Below, one piece after another: positions 9,868-18,741 of a stretch of DNA of 64,000 bases. The stretch is taken from positions 57,864 through 121,863 of the forward strand of contig OMYJ01000002.1 in assembly GCA_900315245.1 (NCBI GenBank), read 5' to 3'. Positions within the stretch are counted from its first letter, which is position 1; each line of letters starts with the position of its first letter. Under the pieces are notes generated by a model. It was not told the origin of the DNA. It did no database searches and saw nothing but the letters and a program-made list of their open reading frames with translations. The stretch comes from an uncultured Bacteroidales bacterium (lineage in GTDB: Bacteria > Bacteroidota > Bacteroidia > Bacteroidales > WCHB1-69). The translations under genes and the position numbers were made by a program.

Positions 9868-10450
9868 GATCGCCATCGCCGAACCCTCAATCATGCTGCG
9901 CATCGGACTAGAGCAGCTGCTCCGGGAGCTGCCCGACGCAGAGGTCGTCTTCTCCACCGACAACCTGGGTTCCCTATACGCGAGAATCAACGCTCTGCGC
10001 CCGGACATCCTGATTGTCAATCCGTTACTATACGACTACGCCAAACGCGCCACCATACGCGCCGAGTTTGACAGCCTGCCGAACCTGCGTCTCATCGGAT
10101 TGGTCACTTCTTACATCGAATCGCAGCACCAGCGGCAGTTCGCCGGCATCATTGAGCTCAACGACGACCTCCAGCGCATCAAATCCACCATCAACCAAGT
10201 GGTGAACACCATCCAATCCGACGGCGATGAACCCGACACCGACCCCCTCTCCGACCGCGAGAAAGAAGTACTCATCTGCCTCTCCAAAGGACTGAAAAAC
10301 AACGAAATTGCCGACACCCTCAACATCTCCGTCCACACCGTCATCACCCACCGCAAGAACATCGTCCGCAAAACCGGCATCAAATCCGTCGCGGCCCTCA
10401 CCGTCTATGCCATCCTGAACAACCTCATTGAAGAAAAAGACATTATCTAA
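9860..10450 (+). CDS. LuxR/FixJ-type HTH regulator with degenerate (pseudo-)receiver domain
   Basis: C-terminal LSDREKEVLICLSKGLKNNEIADTLNISVHTVITHRKNIVRKTGI is a GerE/LuxR HTH. The N-terminal receiver-like fold lacks the acidic pocket and phospho-acceptor Asp (IAIAEPS; PDILIVNP). ATGA overlap with the upstream gene. Confidence 0.85.
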   Translation: MTKIAIAEPSIMLRIGLEQLLRELPDAEVVFSTDNLGSLYARINALRPDILIVNPLLYDYAKRATIRAEFDSLPNLRLIGLVTSYIESQHQRQFAGIIELNDDLQRIKSTINQVVNTIQSDGDEPDTDPLSDREKEVLICLSKGLKNNEIADTLNISVHTVITHRKNIVRKTGIKSVAALTVYAILNNLIEEKDII

Positions 10451-10480
10451 TGTAGAATGTAGAATGAAGAATGTAGAATA
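10451..10480. repeat. tandem word repeat (TGTAGAA/TGAAGAA x4)
   Basis: tgtagaatgtagaatgaagaatgtagaata begins immediately after the stop codon. Confidence 0.8.
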
Positions 10481-10484
10481 ATAC

Positions 10485-10618
10485 GGTCGAAGGACCATTC
10501 CCCCCTTTAGGGGGGATGCCCGAAGGGCAGGGGGGTAAAACAACTTCCTTGAGCAGCCCCGAAGGGGCAAGACGCGCGAAGCGCTAATAACCCCACACAA
10601 GCGAAGCGCAGTGTGGGG
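10485..10618 (+). repeat. cluster of six short GC-rich hairpins with GAA(G)/TTTA loops
   Basis: ggtc-gaag-gacc (10485-10496); cccccc-ttta-gggggg (10500-10515); gccc-gaa-gggc (10518-10528); gcccc-gaa-ggggc (10556-10568); gcgc-gaa-gcgc (10574-10584); ccccacac-N12-gtgtgggg (10591-10618) enclosing GCGAAGC. Confidence 0.7.
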
Positions 10619-10644
10619 ACACCCCAAAAGAACACCCATCCACT

Positions 10645-12564
10645 ATGAACATAAAAGCCCTACTATCAACAATGCTGCTGTGCCTCGGCATGGCAGCCAC
10701 CGCGCAGGAGAACGACCCCTACGCCGGCTACGACCGCGTGACCCTCTACGACAGCATGACCGTGCGCATGGAGGAGAACGGCCTCAGCCACTATGTCAAC
10801 CACCAGCGTTACCGGATCTTGAGCGATGCCGGCGGGCGCGACTACAACACCGTCATCGTCGATTACGACCCCCTGTCAGCTTACTGCGAGATCCGCGACG
10901 TGGTCGTCTATCGCCACGACGGCACGGAGGAACACCCCGACTTCATGGTCTGCGACTATCCCGCCCCGGCTCACATGATCTACTGGGGCGCGCGACAGAA
11001 GATGGTCGCCCTCGGCCGCCTCGAACCCGGCGACGAGGTGGAGTTCCTCACCTACAAGAAGGGCTTCACCTACGCCCTGCTGCAAGGCGACGACCCCGAC
11101 GCGAAGTACATCCCGCCCATGCGCGGCCACTTCTACGATATCGTCCCCTTCTGGAACAGCCAACCCGTGAAGGAGAAAGTGTATCAGGTCAGCGTGCTGA
11201 CCAACAAGAACTTGCAGTACAAAATCTACAATGGTAACCTCAACGTGAAAACGAAGAAGGACGGCGACCGCACTATCTTCACCTTCGAGAACAAAGACTA
11301 TTTCCCGTTGAAAACCCCGCGCTACACGGTGGCGAGCAACGACATCGAGCCAAAAGTCATCGTGACCACCGCGAAAGACTGGGAAGCCAAGTCGATGTGG
11401 TTCTACGGCGTGAACGAGGACTTCGGCAGTTTCGAGGCCACACCGGAGATCCAAGCAAAGGTCGATGAGCTGCTGAAGCCGGCCAAGACCGAGAACGACA
11501 GCTTGGACATCCTCACGCACTGGGTGGCCGACAATGTGCGCTACTCCGGCATCTCCATGGGCGAAGGCGAGGGGTTCACGCTCCACAAGTGCGAGATGAC
11601 CTTCCGCGACCGTTGCGGCGTCTGCAAAGACAAAGCCGGAATGCTCATCGGCATGTTGCGGGCGGCCGGGTTCAAGGCCTACGCCGCGATGACGATGGCC
11701 GGCGAGCGTATCGAAGACATTCCCGCCGACCAGTTCAACCACTGCATCACGGTGGTGCAGCGACGCAACGGCAACTATCAACTCCTGGATCCCACGTGGG
11801 TGCCGGGCGTGCGCGGCGAACTGTGGTCCAGCGCGGAGCAGCAGCAGAACTACCTCATGGGACTCCCCAACGGCGCGAAGTTGGGACTCACGCCCGTTTC
11901 CGACCCGAAAAACCACTACGTCAGGATGACCGCTAACACGCAGGTCACCAAGAACGGCACGCTGAAGGGCACCGTCACCATCACCGCCGACCGGCAAAGT
12001 GACCGCACCGTGCGCGGTGTCTTCTACGGCTTCCGCACGGAATGGCAGCGCAGCGTGGAGGAGATGTTCTACCAAGAGTACCCCAACGCGAAGCTCAAGA
12101 GCGTGAAATACACCAGCGAAGACGACTACCTCAAGCAACCGGTAAAGATTACGTATTCGTTCGAGATCCCTGATTACGCAACCGTTACCGACAACGAGAT
12201 CATCGCCACGCCGTTCCTCGCCAACGGCTTCTACACCTTCGCCATGCGCCACCTCTACTACAACACGAGTCTCGAAAAGCGCGACTACCCCTTCACCGAC
12301 CGCTGCTCGCGCTACGTCGCCATCAGCGAAACGATGAAGGTGCCGTCGGGCTACACCCGCGTGAGCGCGCCCGAAGCACGACAATTCGTCACGCCAAGCA
12401 TCTCGTTCAAAGGCGGTTACACCATCGGCTACAACATGGTGACATTCAACGAAACCATCTCCCTCGGCAAACGCGTCTATGAGGCCTCCGAATGGCCCGC
12501 GTTCCGCAAAGCGGTGCAGTGCCAACGGGGGTACATGGGGAATCCCGTGGTGTTCGTTAAATAA
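10645..12564 (+). CDS. DUF3857-type secreted protein with transglutaminase-like cysteine protease core
   Basis: 639 aa with signal peptide ...MAATA|QENDP. RCGVCKDKAGMLIGMLRAAG ... FNHCITVV ... LLDPTW is a Cys-His-Asp transglutaminase-like triad pattern. Confidence 0.8.
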   Translation: MNIKALLSTMLLCLGMAATAQENDPYAGYDRVTLYDSMTVRMEENGLSHYVNHQRYRILSDAGGRDYNTVIVDYDPLSAYCEIRDVVVYRHDGTEEHPDFMVCDYPAPAHMIYWGARQKMVALGRLEPGDEVEFLTYKKGFTYALLQGDDPDAKYIPPMRGHFYDIVPFWNSQPVKEKVYQVSVLTNKNLQYKIYNGNLNVKTKKDGDRTIFTFENKDYFPLKTPRYTVASNDIEPKVIVTTAKDWEAKSMWFYGVNEDFGSFEATPEIQAKVDELLKPAKTENDSLDILTHWVADNVRYSGISMGEGEGFTLHKCEMTFRDRCGVCKDKAGMLIGMLRAAGFKAYAAMTMAGERIEDIPADQFNHCITVVQRRNGNYQLLDPTWVPGVRGELWSSAEQQQNYLMGLPNGAKLGLTPVSDPKNHYVRMTANTQVTKNGTLKGTVTITADRQSDRTVRGVFYGFRTEWQRSVEEMFYQEYPNAKLKSVKYTSEDDYLKQPVKITYSFEIPDYATVTDNEIIATPFLANGFYTFAMRHLYYNTSLEKRDYPFTDRCSRYVAISETMKVPSGYTRVSAPEARQFVTPSISFKGGYTIGYNMVTFNETISLGKRVYEASEWPAFRKAVQCQRGYMGNPVVFVK

Positions 12565-12689
12565 TTTTCATATAAATTATCAATAAACGCCAATGAATTC
12601 GCCAACAACCATGCTATCACCTCAACGAATTCAATAATTCATACATAATTCATGGCAAATTCATGATAATTCACGTTAAAAATACAATA

Positions 12690-14351
12690 ATGAAAAAATA
12701 TATATTTCTGTTATTAATAGTATTCGCAAGCTTCTCCGCATTCGCCAAGGCCCCCGAAAAGGACGCCGTCTATAAGCTCATCTCCAAGAGCTACACGTTG
12801 AACACCGACGGTTCGACCGAGTTCCGCAAGCGCACGGAGCTGCAGATTTTCACGCGGATGACGTTCGACCATTTCGGAGAGACGTTTATCACGTACAACC
12901 CTGATTTCCAGGAACTCATCATCAACGAGGCCTACACCATCCGTAAAGACGGCAGCAAGGTGGAAACTCCCGCAAACGCCTTCAACCCGATGTTGCCGGA
13001 GGGCTGCACAAAATGCGAGCGGCTCAACGGCATCCGCACCATGGTGGTGACCCATACGGCATTGGAGTACGATGCCGTCATTGTCCTCGACTACACCATC
13101 CGCTCCAAGAACTTCTTCTTCCAGGAGTTGTTGGAAAAGGTCGATTTGCAGGAGGAGGTGCCAGTGGAAAAGTATGTGGTCAGTGTGACCACGCCGGACT
13201 ACAAGCCCGCGAAATTTGTGTTGAACGGGAAACTTTCCTACACGGAAACCGAGAACACCGACAAAGGGATGAAAACCACCGTAATGACCTTCACCAATCT
13301 GCCAGAATATCCTACGGATGAGTACATTTTCCCTGGTGATTATAAGGCCGTCACGTTTTACACGATGGATGAACCGCATTATATCGTCGGCAAAATCGCC
13401 CAACAAAATGCTATGCAAAAATTTAGCAATCAAAAGATTACAGACTTCTTCACGAGTCGATTCGCAGAAGAGATGACCGATATGGACAAGGTTTTGTCAG
13501 TCAGGGATTACATCCACGACAATATCCAGACCAATCATCTGGATGCCAGCGTGTTGAACTATATGTTCGCCTCGCCGCAGCAGGTGTGGGAGAGCAACTG
13601 CGCGTTGCCCATCGAGAAGAACATCCTGTTGGCGGGCGTATTACAAAGTTTGGGGAACGATGCGCAATTAGCGTTTATGGGAAACTCGTTAGCCTCTGAT
13701 TTGAAGACCGTTGTGCGCATCCAACGAAATGGAGCAACCGATTATATTTCTGCTAACGAGATTGAAGAACTGAGTTTGGACGCTTTCTTCGCGCCCGCCA
13801 CACTCATCATGCAGGACGGCAAAATAGAGAATGTGACGGCACAGCCCATATCCGTGGAAAGAGTGGCCGAAATCACGCTTGAAAGCGGAAAATTGGATGA
13901 TCCGGTGGTGAAAATGGAACAGAAAGTGGAATCGCCACAGATGAAATATCTGCAAGTGCATGGGATCGGCGACACAAAAGTGTCTGTTTCGCAACTCTCT
14001 GGCAAATATTACGAAATGACCATCGACGACGGCGACTACGGCACACCAATCCGTTCTGTGAACATCCACAACAACCGCAAATACGATGTGGACACGAAAG
14101 AATCGAGCGAGAAATACGGTTATTCCGTCAAATTGCCTGCCAACGTCCGTTGTCTGACGAAAACCTCACACAAAGAAATCACCGTGGAGGGCGCCAAACT
14201 CCTGATTGATGTTGTGGTGGGCGGTAATACGATAATGATTACAAGGACGTTAAATCTGCCCAAAGAGGGCATTTCCGCCAAATCGTCGAAGAAGTTCAAG
14301 GCGATGATGGGAGAGTGGGAGACACCGGTGAAGGTGGTGTTTTCCCTGTAA
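12690..14351 (+). CDS. DUF3857/DUF3858-like secreted paralog (transglutaminase core apparently degenerate)
   Basis: The ORF begins at 12663, but MKKYIFLLLIVFASFSAFA at 12690 is the plausible signal-peptide start. Size and organisation are similar to the upstream gene. Confidence 0.65.
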   Translation: MKKYIFLLLIVFASFSAFAKAPEKDAVYKLISKSYTLNTDGSTEFRKRTELQIFTRMTFDHFGETFITYNPDFQELIINEAYTIRKDGSKVETPANAFNPMLPEGCTKCERLNGIRTMVVTHTALEYDAVIVLDYTIRSKNFFFQELLEKVDLQEEVPVEKYVVSVTTPDYKPAKFVLNGKLSYTETENTDKGMKTTVMTFTNLPEYPTDEYIFPGDYKAVTFYTMDEPHYIVGKIAQQNAMQKFSNQKITDFFTSRFAEEMTDMDKVLSVRDYIHDNIQTNHLDASVLNYMFASPQQVWESNCALPIEKNILLAGVLQSLGNDAQLAFMGNSLASDLKTVVRIQRNGATDYISANEIEELSLDAFFAPATLIMQDGKIENVTAQPISVERVAEITLESGKLDDPVVKMEQKVESPQMKYLQVHGIGDTKVSVSQLSGKYYEMTIDDGDYGTPIRSVNIHNNRKYDVDTKESSEKYGYSVKLPANVRCLTKTSHKEITVEGAKLLIDVVVGGNTIMITRTLNLPKEGISAKSSKKFKAMMGEWETPVKVVFSL

Positions 14352-14511
14352 AGACGCAATCCAAAGCGTAGAATGCAACTTTCATGCCGTTTCAGGTAGA
14401 AAACATTTAGTTAATTGTTAAAAAATCAATATTCAAAATAATATTAATGTAATGGCGAAGCTTATCAGAAAAAGTGTATCTTTGCCGCGTTAAATTCAAA
14501 CCTGAAATAAA

Positions 14512-14922
14512 ATGAAAGACACTAAAATCACGTATTCTATCGAAGAGGCCCGGAGATATGTGGCCAATGCCGAGGATGTTATCCAAAAGGCCAAGTATAA
14601 TCCTGAGACACAGTCTTATATGGATAGCAAATATGTTCGGACTGCTGGGGATATTCTGTGGAAAGGTTGTTTGATTGCCCTTGACACGGTCTTTCAGGTG
14701 CGCAAGGGCAAAGGTCGTCCGTCAATCGAAAAATACCGTGATGCTGTTGCGAAACGGGACGGGAAATTACTGAGTTTTGTTAATAACGGATACGACGTCA
14801 CCCATCTGTATATGGGTTATGACGGTACAACGGATAAGAAAATCTGTGACAGAGGATTCGAAATCACCAACCACATCATTGACCACTGCGCGATGATGCT
14901 GCCGAAGCCGGTGTGCGCGTGA
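14512..14922 (+). CDS. conserved hypothetical protein (DUF5618-like)
   Basis: 136 aa. IEEARRYVANAEDVIQKA...YVRTAGDILWKGCLIALD...RDGKLL..VNNGYD..HLYMGYDG recalls DUF5618. TATCTTTG box at 14477-14484. Confidence 0.55.
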   Translation: MKDTKITYSIEEARRYVANAEDVIQKAKYNPETQSYMDSKYVRTAGDILWKGCLIALDTVFQVRKGKGRPSIEKYRDAVAKRDGKLLSFVNNGYDVTHLYMGYDGTTDKKICDRGFEITNHIIDHCAMMLPKPVCA

Positions 14923-14942
14923 GAGTATAACGAAACAATATT

Positions 14943-14972
14943 AAAAAAGCGTGTTTGGAAACACGCTTTTTT
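14943..14972. terminator. bidirectional rho-independent terminator between convergent genes
   Basis: aaaaaagcgtgtttggaaacacgctttttt: 7-9 bp stem flanked by an A-run and a T-run. Confidence 0.8.
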
Positions 14973-14988
14973 AGATTATTACTGTAAA

Positions 14989-15687
14989 TTATTCGTTATC
15001 TTCTACAGGCAAAGCTTCCTCTTGTACCGGCATTTCCTCTTCGCCAATGCTCTCGTATTCCGCACGGAGCTGCTCGTAGAACTTGGTCGTGGTCATCTGC
15101 ATGTAAGGGATCAGCCAAAGACACCCGATGAAGAAGGTGAATATGCCCAAAATCATCCAGCCGATGAAACTCAACTCCAGCAGGAATAGTTCCCACTTGT
15201 GTCCCATCATCATAGTGCGGCTCATCTGCAAAGTCTCTGTTACGGAAAGTTCCGGATGGTCGCGCAAAAGGAAAGGAGTCATTGCGTATGCAAGACCAAG
15301 GATGATGCCCGGCACAATCAAAAGGGCACAACCACAGACGACAAGCACTACCATCAACAGTAAGGTTCCCAGCACGTGTAGGAAATTCCTGTACCCATAG
15401 AACAGGTCGCCAATATCCGCTGGAAGATCCTGACGGGAAGAATGCAGGTGGGCGACGGAGAAACCCATACTCATCGGGAGCATAAGAAGCGTCAGCAGAA
15501 AACCGGTTCCTGTAAGGAAAAAAGCCAGCGTGGCAAAACTGCTACCTTGGAAAATAGTTCCGAAATTGGACAATGTGGAGGCAAGCCCGTAAAGCAACAT
15601 ATAAACAAACGTGAGTCCCACAAAAGAACCCCATTTGCCTTTCAGCGTGGCCAAAGCCTGGTCTTTCAAATCGTTAATTTTTCCCAT
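14989..15687 (-). CDS. DUF975-like integral membrane protein
   Basis: 232 aa. N-terminus MGKINDLKDQALATLKGKWG, then 5-6 TM segments and an acidic tail. Confidence 0.65.
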   Translation of the reverse strand: MGKINDLKDQALATLKGKWGSFVGLTFVYMLLYGLASTLSNFGTIFQGSSFATLAFFLTGTGFLLTLLMLPMSMGFSVAHLHSSRQDLPADIGDLFYGYRNFLHVLGTLLLMVVLVVCGCALLIVPGIILGLAYAMTPFLLRDHPELSVTETLQMSRTMMMGHKWELFLLELSFIGWMILGIFTFFIGCLWLIPYMQMTTTKFYEQLRAEYESIGEEEMPVQEEALPVEDNE

Positions 15688-15717
15688 AATGTTTCAATTT
15701 TATTGGTGAATGATTTT

Positions 15718-15746
15718 GGGGCAAAAATACATTTTTTTGTGAATTG
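15718..15746 (-). promoter_or_regulatory. 29-nt promoter cassette copy 1 (contains TATTTTTG -7 box on minus strand)
   Basis: ggggcaaaaatacatttttttgtgaattg is identical to 16463-16491 and lies 31 nt upstream of ATG 15687. Confidence 0.6.
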
Positions 15747-15799
15747 AATGAAAAGAAAACGCAAAAGGATAAAAATCTGCTAACAATGTGAAATCGTCT

Positions 15800-16435
15800 C
15801 TACTTCGTCTTATATTTCAGTCGGAGGTTATAGGCGAGGAACTGCGCCACCTGGTCGGTGGTGAAAGGAGTGACATTGATAACGAGATCGTAGTTGCGAG
15901 CATCGTAGCGGGATTTCCCGGCGAAGGTCTTCGTGTAATTCTCACGGGCCTTGTCAATTTCATCAATCAGTTTGCGTGCCTCCTTTTCATCGACTTTGCA
16001 CTTTTTCATGATGCGTTTCACACGATGCTCCATATCGGCGATGAGGAAGATTTTGATAGTGTCGGGGGTGTCCTTGAAAACATGGAAGCCAGAACGACCG
16101 ACTACGATGCAAGACTCATGCTCGGCGAGATCGCGCAGGGCTTTAGCCTCTGCATAGTAGAGCTGTTGGGAAGTCACCTCAATGGGCTGTTGAGTGTAAG
16201 TGGTAGCAATACCGAACTGTTGGTAGAAACGGCAGAACTCTGACCACCAGTTGGTTTTCTCCGCTTTGATTTTTTCCGCTTCCTTTTCGGTAAGGTTGAA
16301 TTTTTCGCGAATGGTAGCGAGGAAAGTTTTGTCATAGAGCTTCACGTCGAGCAGTTCGCTGAGCTTCCGGGCAATTTCATGGCCGCCGGAGCCGAATTCA
16401 CGGTTGATGGTGATGATGAATCTGGTGTTTTCCAT
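15800..16435 (-). CDS. cytidylate kinase-like family P-loop protein
   Basis: IITINREFGSGGHEIARKLSELLDVKLYDK matches the N-terminus of the cytidylate-kinase-like family. ATG at 16435 is preferred over the TTG at 16456 given by the ORF track. Confidence 0.7.
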   Translation of the reverse strand: MENTRFIITINREFGSGGHEIARKLSELLDVKLYDKTFLATIREKFNLTEKEAEKIKAEKTNWWSEFCRFYQQFGIATTYTQQPIEVTSQQLYYAEAKALRDLAEHESCIVVGRSGFHVFKDTPDTIKIFLIADMEHRVKRIMKKCKVDEKEARKLIDEIDKARENYTKTFAGKSRYDARNYDLVINVTPFTTDQVAQFLAYNLRLKYKTK

Positions 16436-16462
16436 ATCTTTTGTTGTTAATTTCAATTAATG

Positions 16463-16491
16463 GGGGCAAAAATACATTTTTTTGTGAATTG
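16463..16491 (-). promoter_or_regulatory. 29-nt promoter cassette copy 2
   Basis: Identical 29-mer, 28 nt upstream of ATG 16435. Confidence 0.6.
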
Positions 16492-16621
16492 TGATTAGTG
16501 AATTGACATAAACTTAAACAAAGACTTAAGACTATGACTTTTGCGGACAACAATAAAAACAAATCACTATTCACTATTCACAAAAATTAGTATCTTTGCT
16601 CGCTGATTCAAACTTCCGATT

Positions 16622-17743
16622 ATGGCACAAACTATTGAAATAAAAGAAGTTAAAAACAGTGAGGACTTGAAGAAGTTTATACAATTCCCCCGGAAACTGT
16701 ATAAGGACTGTCCTTATTACGTGCCTGCGTTGGACAAGGGCGAGGAAAAGCTGCTGACCAAGCATCCGGCTTTGGCTTTCTGTGACTTACGAATGTGGCT
16801 CGCCCTTCGCGAAGGTGAAATCGTCGGACGCATCGCGGGCATCATCAACCACAGGTGCAACGAAATCAAGGGTCAAAAACGCATCCGCTTCGCCTGGTTC
16901 GATGTCATTGAAGACCCCGAAGTGGCTAAAAAGCTGTTCCAGACGGTGGAAGAATGGGGAAAGTCGCAAGGTCTGGAGGAAATCTGCGGTCCCTCGCGAT
17001 ACTCCAACATGGAGAAACAGGCCATGCTCGTGGATGGATTCGACCACCTCACCTCTCTAGGTGCAGATTACAACTTCCCCTATTATCCTGAGTACATGGA
17101 TCTTATGGGCTTCGAAAAAGAAGTGGACTACATCCAGTACAAGGTAAAAGTGACGCCCGTTTCCGAACGGATTTCCCGCATGGCCGACCTTTTAGGCAAG
17201 AAATATCACGTGCATCTGCGCGAAATCAAGGACAAGGAGCAATTGAAAAGGGACGGCTACGCCTTTCTGGAGGTCCTAAACGAAAGCTACCACGACATTT
17301 TCAACTTCATCCCGCTCACCCATGAGGAGATGACCTGGATTATTGATGAGAACCTCTCCGTCGGGATTTTGGATCTGGTTTCCTTTTTGGAAGATGACAA
17401 CGGTCAGCTGGTGGGCATCGCCATGAGCATACCTTCGCTGAACGAAGCGTTCAAGAAAGCCAACGGGAAGATGTGGCCATTTGGGGCGTTCCATATCCTG
17501 CACGCGCTCCGCAAGAACAAAAACGTCGATCTGCTGCTCACGGGCGTACTGCCCGAATACGCGCACACCGGCATCCACGCCATCTACCACAAACAGCTCC
17601 ACGAGGCCTTCCTGCGCCACGGCTTCGAATACGCCTACACCTCGCAGCAACTGGAAGACAACATCGCCGCCCGCATCTGGCAGAAGTACGACTCGGAAGT
17701 GATTGCAAGAAGGAGGTGCTATCGGAAAAGAATTGATAATTGA
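16622..17743 (+). CDS. GNAT-like acyltransferase family protein (tentative)
   Basis: 373 aa. FIQFPRKLYKDCPYYVPAL and GRIAGIIN...RFAWFD resemble a Bacteroidota N-acetyltransferase-like family. TATCTTTG box at 16591-16598. Confidence 0.5.
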   Translation: MAQTIEIKEVKNSEDLKKFIQFPRKLYKDCPYYVPALDKGEEKLLTKHPALAFCDLRMWLALREGEIVGRIAGIINHRCNEIKGQKRIRFAWFDVIEDPEVAKKLFQTVEEWGKSQGLEEICGPSRYSNMEKQAMLVDGFDHLTSLGADYNFPYYPEYMDLMGFEKEVDYIQYKVKVTPVSERISRMADLLGKKYHVHLREIKDKEQLKRDGYAFLEVLNESYHDIFNFIPLTHEEMTWIIDENLSVGILDLVSFLEDDNGQLVGIAMSIPSLNEAFKKANGKMWPFGAFHILHALRKNKNVDLLLTGVLPEYAHTGIHAIYHKQLHEAFLRHGFEYAYTSQQLEDNIAARIWQKYDSEVIARRRCYRKRIDN

Positions 17744-17763
17744 TAATTGATAATTGATAATTA
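17731..17763. repeat. tandem word repeat (AATTGATA x4) spanning the stop codon
   Basis: aattgataattgataattgataattgataatta. The same word occurs in the prophage at 60787-60821. Confidence 0.85.
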
Positions 17764-17879
17764 TTGGGTTAGTACTTATTTCTCCCTTGTCAAAGTCTTC
17801 TTATTCTCAAGTCTTCCCATTCTCTATTAAATCCAATATCTCAAATCCAAAGTCCAAAGTCTCAAGTCCAATATATCCA

Positions 17880-18650
17880 ATGAACAACAAATATGCCATA
17901 ATTACGGGGGCGAGCAAAGGTTTGGGCCGGGAGCTTGCATTTGAGTTGGCGCGGCGGGGTTACCCCACCCTATTGGTCAGTTCAACCGAAACCGTACATG
18001 CCGTGCGCGAAGAAATCGTCAACAAATATCCCGTTGATTGCCAGTCATTCATTGTGGATTTATCCGATGAGAAGGCGGTGCGGGAATGGGCGGAATCCAT
18101 CGCGAAAGAATACCCTATAGGCATCCTCGTCAACAATGTGGGAACGGGCGGCAGCTGCGCCTTCGAAACCGCCGACATGGACTACCTGCTGCGAATTCTC
18201 CACCTCAACGTTTTGTGTACCACCATTTTGACAAAGTCCCTGCTCCTGAATCTGCAACAAAACACACCCGCCCACATCTTAAATGTCGGCAGTATGGCAG
18301 GATTCACCGCCACCGCCTACAAGACTATCTATCCAGCATCCAAAGCATACGTCCATGCCTTCTCAAAAAGTTTGCGCGAAGAGTTAAAAGATACGGGAAT
18401 TTCGGTCACGTTGGCCGCGCCCGGCGCGATGGCCACCAACACGGAAGTAAGCGCCCGTATCGCCAAGCAGGGCTTCTTCGGCCGCGCCACCCTGAAATCC
18501 ACCTCCGACATCGCCCGCAAATACATCAAAGGGATGCTCCGCGGCAAACGGCAGATCATCCTCAACCCGCTCAGCTACTTTCTGACCAAAATCATTCCCG
18601 AACGATGGCGCATACCCCTGCTCTCCCGCATCGTAAAACGGGAACTTTAA
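17880..18650 (+). CDS. short-chain dehydrogenase/reductase (SDR)
   Basis: AIITGASKGLGRELA (TGxxxGxG), NNVG, and Y..SK (YPASKAYV) motifs. Start moved to ATG 17880, because the upstream part of the ORF is repeat DNA. Confidence 0.85.
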   Translation: MNNKYAIITGASKGLGRELAFELARRGYPTLLVSSTETVHAVREEIVNKYPVDCQSFIVDLSDEKAVREWAESIAKEYPIGILVNNVGTGGSCAFETADMDYLLRILHLNVLCTTILTKSLLLNLQQNTPAHILNVGSMAGFTATAYKTIYPASKAYVHAFSKSLREELKDTGISVTLAAPGAMATNTEVSARIAKQGFFGRATLKSTSDIARKYIKGMLRGKRQIILNPLSYFLTKIIPERWRIPLLSRIVKREL

Positions 18651-18651
18651 C

Positions 18652-18690
18652 GATAGCCAAAAGCCAATAGCTAAAAGCCAAAAGCTATAA
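18652..18690. repeat. AGCYAAWA tract (family copy 2)
   Basis: gatagccaaaagccaatagctaaaagccaaaagctataa, directly after the SDR stop codon. Confidence 0.8.
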
Positions 18691-18741
18691 TCCAAACATG
18701 ACAATATTTTTACTATCTTTGCACCCTCAAAATCTGATACA

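Noticed and set aside
10611-11237. 208-aa plus-strand ORF overlapping the 5' part of the DUF3857/transglutaminase gene.
   Set aside because: It is an out-of-frame, Arg/Pro-rich translation. The 10645 frame has a signal peptide and family motifs.
10876-12525. 549-aa minus-strand ORF. Similar long ORFs: 29183-30691 (502 aa), 53346-55124 (592 aa), 51202-52371 (389 aa), 56750-57904 (384 aa), 34197-35180 (327 aa), 2210-3094, 23193-24068 and 284-1036.
   Set aside because: - All lie antisense to or overlapping genes with clear family motifs (transglutaminase, MutL, sheath/tube, capsid, TMP, transposase, Tex).
- Their translations are Arg/Gly/His/Val-rich with no motifs.
- This is the expected artefact of GC3-rich coding DNA, which lacks stop codons on the opposite strand.
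12663-12689. Upstream starts generated inside repeat tracts: MIIHVKN at 12663, MIIHVNN (GTG) at 31228, 17754, 22119, 24390-26159 (N-terminal 19 aa) and 28772.
   Set aside because: The extra codons are translations of tandem-word repeat DNA. Downstream ATGs give canonical signal peptides or conserved N-termini.
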